From positions 1-28,006 of IMG/VR virus record IMGVR_UViG_3300017788_000131: a stretch of DNA of 28,006 bases. One strand, 5' to 3'. Below the pieces are notes generated by a model. It did not search any database and was not told the DNA's origin. It worked only from the letters and a program-made list of their open reading frames with translations. This document shows, piece by piece, positions 1-9,600 of this stretch. How positions within the stretch are numbered: the first letter of the stretch is position 1; each line of letters starts with the position of its first letter. A program made the position numbers and the translations under genes. The stretch is from a virus (lineage: Duplodnaviria > Caudoviricetes).

Positions 1-1
1 A

Positions 2-217
2 CTGTTCGACTTGGCGCGGCGACTCGGTTTCCGGCGGAATCGCGGTCAAGGACTTGGCACCCTGCGAAAGACTCACGCCACGCAAATCTACGAGAAGGAG
101 GGAGAGTACGCTGCTGCGGAGTCTCTCGGTCACGTTGGCGGTACGCGAACCGTCAGAGCGAATTACATCGACTCAAGGTCGATCAAACAGGGACGGTTGC
201 CGCCGGAGGTCGCCTAG
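2..217 (+). CDS. C-terminal end of a tyrosine recombinase/integrase (5' truncated by the window)
   Basis: The frame is open from base 2: ...GLGTLRKTHAT...AESLGH...TVRANY. This matches the (H)xLRxTxAT box, the LGH box and the catalytic Tyr of tyrosine recombinases. Confidence 0.8.
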   Translation: MFDLARRLGFRRNRGQGLGTLRKTHATQIYEKEGEYAAAESLGHVGGTRTVRANYIDSRSIKQGRLPPEVA

Positions 218-2454
218 GGAGGTGGTGGCGGGAGCACGTTCACCGTGACTGGGATTGGATCGGAGTATTCGTTGCCGCTAAAAGCTCGAACCGTAAAGGA
301 GAACGAACCCGGCTCATTCATGGCTTCATGTTCGGCAGAGATGTTGAAAATGTTGGTTGCCGATCCTGCTCGCTCAATACGAACCCGCAAGTTTTTAGGC
401 AGAAACTTATTATTGGAACCCGTTACGAGTGACGCAACAAACAATCCTGTGCGATCCCCGCTTGCGCCGTCGATCGTCACGGCTGCGGTCACGAACGTGA
501 CAGGGTTTGTCATCGACAGCACGATCGGGCTTGGAGATACAGTGGGCTTTACGCTGACGTGCCAGCCCTCGACGGGCACAGGAAATTCGCCGCCGTAGTA
601 CATCATCCAGTAAGTGTATTGTCCGCCAGCCCAGACTGAGATAAGACCCGGCACTTCCCCCCAGGCATAACTGCGAAGAGCACCATCGGCCTGTCCGTAC
701 GGTCCATATACACGGCTGAGTCGGATGCGCGGCTCAACGGTCCAGTAGTCATAAACGGCCGTACCTATTCGCGTCTGAAACCCACGCCAAGCCCAAAGCG
801 CATCGCTTATGATCGGTGTAATCGTCATCGCCGCAGAAGGAGTCCGCGACAACACACGCATTCGCAGTCGATCGTATTTTTCCGTGGTTGCGATAGCTGG
901 CACATCGGACAATGGATGCGATGTGAAGTTAGCTACCTCATACCCGGTCGCGGATGACTGACTTTCCGCTTGCGTCATCGGAGTGAGGATTAGTCGTGAA
1001 TCCGAACGCACCGTCTCGCCCATGTGTGTCGGCGTCGTGTGCTCTCGCTCTAGCACGGTTGGTAAAGCGTAGGGATAGTTAATTTCTCTGTCATCCGACT
1101 CAGTGGTTGTAAAAACTCGAGCCGACCAACCCAGAGGGCAAAACATATTTTGCGAGTTTATTCGCTCGGAATATCCTAGCATCCGCTGCTTCGGCTCACC
1201 CCATGTAGGCGCTGCGGGTTGCCATCGAAAGCGATGCCAGCGATATTGCGACTGCGACGGCAGATCCGCTTTCACTCCAGGCCAGTTGGAAGCCATACTG
1301 GATACGGTTGTAGTGTCGCCTGCGGTCACTGCCGCCTCAAACGCTGTCAGATCGAATGTCGGATGACCGGGATATTCGCCAGCTATCCAAGCGACATAAG
1401 GTTCGGTGATTGCGACATCTCCAGCGAATGAAATGTTGTTGGTAGTTGCCGTGCGATGCTGTGTTGCTGTCGCGCTTGGCGGTAGTGCTATGCCTCCTCC
1501 AGCCCCGTCGTCAATCCATTGCCGTCTCCATGTCTGAACAACGAACGTACTGAATTGCAACATCTTACAGCGCGTCATCATGCGCAATTCTTTTACTCCA
1601 CCTTGCGAGTCTGCCCACGCCCATCTTTCACGAACACCATCGCTGAATCCGCTACTAGCAGGCGCATCGCGATCAAGCAAAAACTGATAAGTTCGCGTCT
1701 CGATAATGTTTTCCATCGCGCCGTAGGAATCTCGCTGTGTTTGCACCCAAAATCGGCCCGTGGCTCCTAGCGTTGTTCCTAAGTTATTTTGTCTATACCC
1801 GCTAATGCGGTGTAAAAGCGTCGACCATTCTGTGGATAGAAAGTTTTGACCCCAAAGCGGCAAACCTCCCCACGACAATGTATTTGCTGGTGGCGAACCC
1901 AGGGTCGCGACGCCGATTACGTCGTCTCGAATTATGGGCACGGTAGCGCCTTGAAGCGTGTTCATATTCCAGCCTGTCCACTCGTTTGTCGATGGATTCA
2001 GGTATCTGTACGAAAACTCAATTGAAGAGTTTTGGCGAACGCTGTAAGAGTCTGGGGGGTCGGCAAAAAAATGGTTTGGAAACGATCCTTGCAGCGTTGA
2101 TCCACGCCAAGGCCAATCTGCCGTGCTTGGAGACCCGGTGTAGTACGCTCGCGATGCAGTACCAGAGCGAGGGCATGCAGTCTGCACCCCAGGCGCGCGA
2201 GTCCACGGCTCGGAAGCCTCGAATGTCGGAGTAATCGCACTACTTGGAGGTAATGGGTACGGACTCGACGAGGCGGAATACCCCCACGTCTGGATGATAC
2301 GATCATGGGGTTTAGGAATAGAAATCGTACCAAAACGAATACCTCGAGCGGAAATTGCGACTCGCAAATGTCGACGATTTGTCTTTGGCGATTCGTTATA
2401 AAACGGGGAAACGTCAAACTGGTCCTTCGACAAATTTGGGCCGATGCGCGTCAT
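214..2454 (-). CDS. Putative tail tip/receptor-binding structural protein (746 aa)
   Basis: Last gene of the operon, with an ATGA overlap to the upstream gene. It is rich in Trp/Thr/Ser/Pro and looks beta-structured, with an Ig-like terminal strand pattern (SFSFTVRAFSG..SDPIPVTVNV). Function is inferred from position only. Confidence 0.5.
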   Translation of the reverse strand: MTRIGPNLSKDQFDVSPFYNESPKTNRRHLRVAISARGIRFGTISIPKPHDRIIQTWGYSASSSPYPLPPSSAITPTFEASEPWTRAPGVQTACPRSGTASRAYYTGSPSTADWPWRGSTLQGSFPNHFFADPPDSYSVRQNSSIEFSYRYLNPSTNEWTGWNMNTLQGATVPIIRDDVIGVATLGSPPANTLSWGGLPLWGQNFLSTEWSTLLHRISGYRQNNLGTTLGATGRFWVQTQRDSYGAMENIIETRTYQFLLDRDAPASSGFSDGVRERWAWADSQGGVKELRMMTRCKMLQFSTFVVQTWRRQWIDDGAGGGIALPPSATATQHRTATTNNISFAGDVAITEPYVAWIAGEYPGHPTFDLTAFEAAVTAGDTTTVSSMASNWPGVKADLPSQSQYRWHRFRWQPAAPTWGEPKQRMLGYSERINSQNMFCPLGWSARVFTTTESDDREINYPYALPTVLEREHTTPTHMGETVRSDSRLILTPMTQAESQSSATGYEVANFTSHPLSDVPAIATTEKYDRLRMRVLSRTPSAAMTITPIISDALWAWRGFQTRIGTAVYDYWTVEPRIRLSRVYGPYGQADGALRSYAWGEVPGLISVWAGGQYTYWMMYYGGEFPVPVEGWHVSVKPTVSPSPIVLSMTNPVTFVTAAVTIDGASGDRTGLFVASLVTGSNNKFLPKNLRVRIERAGSATNIFNISAEHEAMNEPGSFSFTVRAFSGNEYSDPIPVTVNVLPPPPP

Positions 2455-3980
2455 ATCAACTCCACGTCGGCACTGAGCGTGGTTTGCAAAATTACCGCTC
2501 GATCGCCATCATGCAGCGCGAGCACAAAATCCCCCACGTCCAACCACGGGAACAGACCTAACTTATCCTCTACGATGACTGGTCGCGGATTGTGGCTGTT
2601 GCTAGCCGATCCGCCCATATTGACATAGTTGGCTGCTTTCCAGCGACCAGAGTGCGGAGCGGAATATGCGCCGATGTAGACGCCTGCCGTGCTTGTTTTG
2701 TCGGTAATCTGAACCAGCATTGCCCCCCACTGCGGGCTTGATGCAGACGGGATCCTCGGCCACATCGGAACCGAGTCGTCTCGAAGGTCGACGATGGTGC
2801 GTCCCTGCTTGTAGGTGACTCGCGATACTTCCGACCCGAGTGGAACAACAAAATAGCCGCCCATCTCGATACGTTCAGTCCTGCGCGATGCGCGGAAGTA
2901 GCCTGCGATCGTGCGCTCTGCCGCCTTTACGCAACGCTCGTATGTCGCAGCCTGCGTGTCGAGCATCCCCTGCGCCGCCGACAATCCGAGCCCCACAAGC
3001 GATCGCAGCACGATGGGAGGCATGACCAACGACGAGAAGTGCATCATGCCGCCTGCGCCGAATGGCGTTGGTTGATAGAACGTCGGCTGCGTGAGCCCTA
3101 GTCCCGAGATGCTATTCACAGGGAATTGAACGAACGGAGAAACGTAGTCCGGTCGCATACGAAAACCGAATCGATCCAAATAAGGGACTAACCAAGTCCA
3201 CTCCAAATCCTCGTATCGCTTGACGATATACCGCTTGGCTGGTGTGCCGACATTCAGCGCCGCTTGAAGGTTGGCTTGCACTGTACCGGCTAGTTCGATG
3301 TGCCACCGCCCAGGGAAACTTTCCAGGTCCGCCCAAATCACCGTTCCTGTCATCGCTCCGAGAGTGCGCAACCGGTTGGGGAGGTGACTGTTTCGCGTGT
3401 ATTGGTGGAATCCGACAGATGCCGCTTGGCGCACGCTCTGCGCTACGCTTTGGTGCAAAGTGAACTCGCCCAGCTTGTAGTCGGCACCCTGTAAGAGTGT
3501 CGGATCGATCGTTTCCGCGACGTGGTACTCGAGAAGAACAGTAGGGTCTTGCTCTTGATTCGTTACACCTTGGTTCTCGTAAATACTTTCGGCGTCCGTG
3601 ATTGACGACCAAGTTGAAGGAGGATTGCGCAAGTCGGCAAAATTAAACGAGCCGACCACAAACTCGATTTTAACCACGTTCAAATCGACGAACTCTGCTC
3701 GTCTTGGAACCAGGGGGAACAACCGCAACTCCGTGTCTGGTCCGCCGTCATCGGTTCGCGACGTGTCTCTGACAATACACTCAAGAGTCGCTTCGACCTG
3801 ATTCTTGAGTATCTTGGCTGCGTCCTCTTTCTTGACGCAGACATGCACCTCATGGAGCCCAAACCGCTGGAGGATCACTTGGTTCAGCACCGACTTGCCC
3901 TTGGCGATGAAGACGCCATATTCCTTTTTCGGTGATCCCGTCGATTCGCGAATGATGATCCGTTGCTCAACGCTAGGCAT
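2451..3980 (-). CDS. Hypothetical virion protein, possibly tail hub/tip component (509 aa)
   Basis: Long ORF overlapping both neighbours by a few bases. No diagnostic motif was recognised. Confidence 0.45.
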   Translation of the reverse strand: MPSVEQRIIIRESTGSPKKEYGVFIAKGKSVLNQVILQRFGLHEVHVCVKKEDAAKILKNQVEATLECIVRDTSRTDDGGPDTELRLFPLVPRRAEFVDLNVVKIEFVVGSFNFADLRNPPSTWSSITDAESIYENQGVTNQEQDPTVLLEYHVAETIDPTLLQGADYKLGEFTLHQSVAQSVRQAASVGFHQYTRNSHLPNRLRTLGAMTGTVIWADLESFPGRWHIELAGTVQANLQAALNVGTPAKRYIVKRYEDLEWTWLVPYLDRFGFRMRPDYVSPFVQFPVNSISGLGLTQPTFYQPTPFGAGGMMHFSSLVMPPIVLRSLVGLGLSAAQGMLDTQAATYERCVKAAERTIAGYFRASRRTERIEMGGYFVVPLGSEVSRVTYKQGRTIVDLRDDSVPMWPRIPSASSPQWGAMLVQITDKTSTAGVYIGAYSAPHSGRWKAANYVNMGGSASNSHNPRPVIVEDKLGLFPWLDVGDFVLALHDGDRAVILQTTLSADVELI

Positions 3981-6282
3981 ACACCAGTCCCCTCGATCCG
4001 AAATTGGGGTTCGGCCGTACTTGTTTTAGCACCTCGGCAATGCGGAACTCAGGCGAGATTGGCGGCTTGCCCGTCCGCAGCCATTCCTTGGCTTCTCGCA
4101 CTCCCGCGCGAGCGGCTGCTTCGATCGTTAACAAATTCACGCCGCATCGGCAGTTGTAGTCCCATGGAGGCGTGAAGTAGTCCCACACGGGATCGTCCCG
4201 CCGGAAGACGTTCGTGCCATCGAGCCCTAAGGATTCCATCTTGAGGTGATCGTGCCGAACGCGACCGTCTCGGATCGCATCGTAGGCTTGGTACGGAAAA
4301 ACGTCCGCAACAATCGGGTTCGAGGCGAGCGTCTCTCGCCCGTCTCGGAACGCGGCCTGGAGGTTGGTCCGGTAGACTGTCTCGAGGTGATGGGGGGCTA
4401 GCGGGGATCCGCCCAGGGTTTCCTCGACGGCTTTCTCAAACCCGCCGAGGGATGTCCCTGTGTCGATTTCGTAGACCAGGGCGTGCCGGATGTGGTCGAT
4501 GGTATCGGTGGCGATGGGAGCGGTAATAAAAAAAGCCCGGTCCTTGATGTCTTCGGAAGCGGCTTCCCATTGGGCTCGCGTCATCACGTTTCGCTTTGCT
4601 AGCCGCTCTGCTGCCTTCTCGATGAGCAAGAACCGCAACCCGTTGTCTGAGTCGTCGTAGAACGTGAAACGCGGGAATGGGGGCGTTGGTGGCTTTTGGG
4701 GCGGTGGATCTCGGCGAATGGTCGTCTGGATTTCCCTTGCCAGCCATGCGGGAAGTTTCCGATACAACCCGTCTATGCCCGACACCCAAGCGTAAAGCCA
4801 ATAATTTGCCAGATGACGATAGGCAAACTCGTCAAATCGGAGAATCGGATCGCGAATTGCCTGAAGAATCCGAGGAACAGGTAAATGTCGCTTCTGGAGC
4901 AGGATTCGGAGGATCCGTGCCCGCGTCGCCGCCGCTGCTCCCTCGGCTCCAATCAGGCTCCGACCGATGATGCGGTCCAGTAGCGATGAAACTTTTCGGC
5001 TGTCTCTTCGATCGTAACTAGCCATCCTGAGACCGAACCTGACGGGATGTGCGGGGTCATCGTTTGCCACCGTCGTAGGATTTTTGGCAAACACCAACAG
5101 TCCCACCTGTACTACTTCATCGGCGGACAGGATTTGTTTCCGGTGATCTCCTCGCGGGTAAAAATACTGATGCCGTTCCGGATCCATACCGACCTGAATC
5201 CATTCTGGGTCGTTTAACGCTGCCTCGGCAACTCGGTGACACTCCTCGGCTGACTTATCTTTCCATCTGCCTCGCATGACTGCGAACGTGCTTTTGTTTC
5301 TCTTGCCGGTCGCGTAGTCTTCTGCCATCTCATGCACGCCGAACGTCGCGTCCGAAATATGCGCAGCTAGTTCGTATCCGATCCTCGGCCCAGCTTTGTG
5401 AAACTCCTTGCTACGCTCGTTGTCGGTGCGAGGGCGATGCACTGCGACCACGCCGACGCCGGATCCAGTGAACGCCGGAATATCAAGCCGCAAGCCTATA
5501 TCGTCTCCCTCGGATAGCTGTCTCCGTGGAACCCCGAAGTATTGCCTTGCATCTTCCTTCAGCGCTGCGATCGCAGAACTTTCCGGCATCAACGGCGGGA
5601 CGGACTCATATTCCGTCACAGGCTTATACCGATCGATCGCTTCTGCGTATGTTTCGAGATCCGCATTTTCTTGCCGTAATTTAGTGAGTTCCGATACTCT
5701 TTTTGTTGCTTGCTCAAATGGTAGCGTTTTGCGGTTTTTTCCGTACCAAGACAAGACTATCCATTCGTTTTCGCCCATTCCTGGGGCGGGAATACCCATT
5801 GCAGAGTCCAGCACATAAACCTTGCCGCCGTTGCGCTTCGCAAACTTCTCCGCTGTGCGTCGGCTCGTTGTCCAGCTTTGTGCTACCTCTCGGTACGTTG
5901 CTGGGTCTTTGCTGTCACCTCGGTATAGTCTCGGCGCAGGCTGGCTGTTTCGTCGTAGCGCATGCAGAAGTGCTGCCGCGCGAGCGCGATCAATTTTCGC
6001 GCCTCCGCTGTCAGGCAATGCCTTGTTGCGGATCTCGTCGAGCATGTGCAACTGCAAACTACCAACGTCGCTCTTCCATTGCTTCATCGCATCACGCAAC
6101 AACCCCGCGTGACTTTGCACCCAGTACGGTCGCGGATTGTAGGCGATATGCTCAGACGTGAGCCCTCTTGCATCGCCGAGGTACTCAAATTTCCCTCGGT
6201 CGTCTTCCACTGCCTCCCAACGGTGATTTTGGTTGAGGCGGTACGTCCTTCCGTTGATCGTCTTGGTTGTTCCTGGTTGCAT
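3973..6282 (-). CDS. MuF (Phage_Mu_F/SPP1 gp7-like) head morphogenesis protein with N-terminal ADP-ribosyltransferase-like and unknown domains (769 aa)
   Basis: C-terminal MuF motifs: LETVYRTNLQAAFRDGR, FPYQAYDAIRDGRVRHDH, DDPVWDYFTPPWDYNCRC. N-terminal LYRG...SWTT...ENEW fits the R-S-E ART pattern. Confidence 0.9.
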   Translation of the reverse strand: MQPGTTKTINGRTYRLNQNHRWEAVEDDRGKFEYLGDARGLTSEHIAYNPRPYWVQSHAGLLRDAMKQWKSDVGSLQLHMLDEIRNKALPDSGGAKIDRARAAALLHALRRNSQPAPRLYRGDSKDPATYREVAQSWTTSRRTAEKFAKRNGGKVYVLDSAMGIPAPGMGENEWIVLSWYGKNRKTLPFEQATKRVSELTKLRQENADLETYAEAIDRYKPVTEYESVPPLMPESSAIAALKEDARQYFGVPRRQLSEGDDIGLRLDIPAFTGSGVGVVAVHRPRTDNERSKEFHKAGPRIGYELAAHISDATFGVHEMAEDYATGKRNKSTFAVMRGRWKDKSAEECHRVAEAALNDPEWIQVGMDPERHQYFYPRGDHRKQILSADEVVQVGLLVFAKNPTTVANDDPAHPVRFGLRMASYDRRDSRKVSSLLDRIIGRSLIGAEGAAAATRARILRILLQKRHLPVPRILQAIRDPILRFDEFAYRHLANYWLYAWVSGIDGLYRKLPAWLAREIQTTIRRDPPPQKPPTPPFPRFTFYDDSDNGLRFLLIEKAAERLAKRNVMTRAQWEAASEDIKDRAFFITAPIATDTIDHIRHALVYEIDTGTSLGGFEKAVEETLGGSPLAPHHLETVYRTNLQAAFRDGRETLASNPIVADVFPYQAYDAIRDGRVRHDHLKMESLGLDGTNVFRRDDPVWDYFTPPWDYNCRCGVNLLTIEAAARAGVREAKEWLRTGKPPISPEFRIAEVLKQVRPNPNFGSRGLVYA

Positions 6283-6668
6283 CAGTGTATGGTCCCAGGA
6301 GGGTACTCAGTGTACGGGAAGTGCTCATCGTGGATCACTAATTTGCTGCCAGACAATTTGTTCTGGAGTCGCTGCATCGTTGCGATCTCGGCTGGGCATG
6401 GCTCGGCTGGACCGTAGCCACTGTCAGGCTTGACGAGCAAATTGCACCAGCGCTCGAGCACTGCGTCTTCTTCATTGTTCTTGGCTTCCTCCTCTGGTGT
6501 AAAATCGCGATCCATGGGCAAGTGGGACCATCGCTCGCAATCGACCAGCCATCGCATCTTGCCGTCCTGCATTTTGCACAATCGGACGGTGGCGTGATCC
6601 GGAAAGCCGTCACCCATCCACAGCACTCCGTAGGTTTTCGCGACGTGCTGTCGGTCTTCGTCGGTCAT
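6282..6668 (-). CDS. Small hypothetical protein (128 aa), possible partner/immunity protein
   Basis: Start reassigned from 6749 to the ATG at 6668, which forms an ATGA overlap with the polyvalent gene stop. Its TGA overlaps the MuF ATG (TGATG). Confidence 0.7.
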   Translation of the reverse strand: MTDEDRQHVAKTYGVLWMGDGFPDHATVRLCKMQDGKMRWLVDCERWSHLPMDRDFTPEEEAKNNEEDAVLERWCNLLVKPDSGYGPAEPCPAEIATMQRLQNKLSGSKLVIHDEHFPYTEYPPGTIH

Positions 6669-9600
6669 TTGAACAACCCTTTCAACGCTGCCACGGTGAA
6701 ATCGAAATGGTCGGGGGACTGCTCTAAAAACTTGATGGGATCGCTCCAAAGGTACTCCAGCCCCCTTGATGTTACCTCGGACGCGGTTTGAGGATAGTAT
6801 TTACTGTCGTAGGGATGCCCGAAAATGGCTTGCGCGCCGATTTCATGGGGATCGTACGCGCCAGAATTGAAGTTATTTCGCGGTAGTCGATCGACTTTCT
6901 GCCCAGAGTCTGCGATTGCCTGCTGCGCAAAGGCTTTCGCTAGCACCGCAATGGCTGAGTCGTTTTCCGCTTCGAGTATATGCCCGACTTCGTGAATCAA
7001 CGCATCCAATCGCACTTGCGGATAGATGAAAATTTTGTTGCCGAGCGCCGAGGCGCGATCTGGGTAAAACGATGGCTTTTGCGTGTATATCTCCCGCGTT
7101 GTCAATACTTGCGCGGTGATCGGAGTCTCGCGGCTTGAGAATAACCGATTGAGAAAGGTTTTCGCGACCGATACCTGAGTTAAAAAATTCACCATGTCGT
7201 CCGAAGTGACCGGAATCTCCGCGCCGTCAAACGCTTTTTCGTATGGTATGTCCACCATGTTTTTGCCCGGCTCGGGAACCGGGAACAGTCGATCCATGAA
7301 CTCTTTGTTGGCTGCAATTCGATGGTCAGCAATTGCGCGATCGGCCTTTTCGGCTTTCTCCATCAATTCTTTTCTTCTGACCAAGATTGAGTCCCTTTCG
7401 AGTACAGTCGCTCGATCGAGTGCGCCGGTTGCGTCCAGTGCCTTTTTCCGATCGTTCAAGGCGATGATTTCGGATGTCACGTCGAAAAATTTCGCTTTCA
7501 GCAAATCGTACTCGCGTTGGGATTTGCCTAGGAAATCGTCTTTCTCAATCGTGCTTGCGTACAACTCCCGTAGTCGCGGCAGCGCCCGGTCTATGCCTCG
7601 CTTGAGCATCTTCAGCGCGTTCGCGTGCCGGTCGCTAGCCATGTATTTTTCGCGGTTTTCGATGTAGTCCAAGGTGGTTTTGGTGTCGTTGTAGCGATCT
7701 GGAAGCCAACTGCGATACCGATACTTCCTTACTTGCTCTGTGGTCAACGGTCCTTCCAGTCCTTTGTCTCGCTCCAAAACCACATACCGCTTGAGCGATT
7801 CTTCGTGCTCCATCGCCCACTCATCCACAAGCATCGGATTGAACGCATCGTACAGTCGCTTCAAGGGTGGCGTGTTTGGGTCGTCGATAGGGTTCTCGGC
7901 GATTTTGTCGAGCGCTCGACGTGCCGCCGCGATCCCGTCTTGCAGCCATGCTTTTCTCCATCCGCTGCGGCCCGGCCCGCCAGCGCGAACAATGGTGTCG
8001 ATCGCGCTCTTGTTCTTTTTGTAGAACGCGATGTGCTCACTGAGATTATCGTAGTTCGGCGTGAGCATATCGCCCTCGCCTCCAATCATTTTGATGAACC
8101 GCTCTGCGATCTTGATCGATCTTTTGTATTTTGCCTCGAGCGACAGACCTTTCCAGAACAGGAACTGCTCGTACTCCATCTTCTCAGGCTTGCTGCCAAC
8201 TTTGCTATCGTGCTTTGTCGGCTGCTTCACATGCTCCACCGCCCAGTGGTACGCATCGATCTCCTTTTTGCGCTGCATCGCTTTTTCGCGTTCCATCTGC
8301 TGAAACACAGAGTCTCGATAGGCAGTTTGCAACACTCCATCGCGATCAGTTGGCTTTCCAATAGCTCGGAATACGTTTCCTGGCACTTCCAGTTCTTGCC
8401 GCTGAAACAGTTCGCCCGCTTCCTTGGCGAAGTCGTAGAACGCATCAACTTCACCCGCTGCCGTTGCAAGATCCTTGATGTGCCGAAAGAACTTTGCGCC
8501 ATCCAAGGGGGTTACGTCCCCAAGAGTCAGGAAGTTGTCTTTTGACTCGATTTTCCGAACCAAAGTCGGCGAGAAGTGCCGAACAAGCATTTTGTCTACC
8601 AACGCATTGAATTCATGCACATCGGCTTTTTCCGACTCTGGCTGCGGCTTTCGCCTGCCACGGTCTAGCCGATCGGCAATCTTTCCCATCAACGCCTGTT
8701 TATCTTTGGCGCTCGCCTTGATGTTGTAGTCGGTCTTGAGTTCAGCTAACTGCTTACTGGTCAGAATTGCGAGGTGATCGACAAGGGTACGCATGGTTGC
8801 ATGTCCCCGTCCGCCTACCAGCGCATCCTCAATTTTGCTGCGCGCTGCCGCTACTGCTTCCGGACTGTTCTTTTGGACAAACCTCCCGTTTTTGTCTCTC
8901 GGATGCTGAAACGGATCCCATCGGATCGCCATGGTGATCGTGCCGGAGAAAAGCTCATCGAACATCTGCTCCGCGTCTTCGCCGTACAACTCCATCAGAA
9001 ACTCGGCGATCATCTCGGCTCGCGACATCACCTCGGGATCGTCGCCGTCTTCATCCTCGTCTTCCTCGTCTTCGTCCGGATCGTAAAGGGACAGTCGCTG
9101 CACCTGGGGACCGAGCAGCTTGCGATATTCTCGCGCGATGTCTTTGTCGCGGAACTCGCGAAACTCGTCCCAGAACTTCAATGTGTTACGGGCTTCCTGC
9201 CGAACCCATCGCGCCGCGTCAAATCGCGAATTTGCCACCGTAGACGCATCCGGATCGCCAAGTTCAGATATAGCCCGCCCCGATAACCCGCTCCTTCTAA
9301 GGGCCATTACGACGCTTCCTTGCGTTTTCTCCGCTTGCCGTTTTGCGTAGCGCTGGTTTTTTGTCTGGAGAAGGGCTGGTTCGTCATTGCCTGCGTATTC
9401 ATTCAAGGCGTCGTCGTGTATCTCATCCGGAATGTAGATATTCGCTGCGTTTACCCACTCTTTGTGCAGACTTTCCACGTCCAGCCCCACCTCCCACCTA
9501 CTTCCGTCTGGGTCGTAAGCGTCCCGAAACTCGTTCGGGCTCAAAACGTGCGGATGCTTTCCGGTCTTGCGCTGCACGCTCTTTCCAGCGACTGTTGCTG

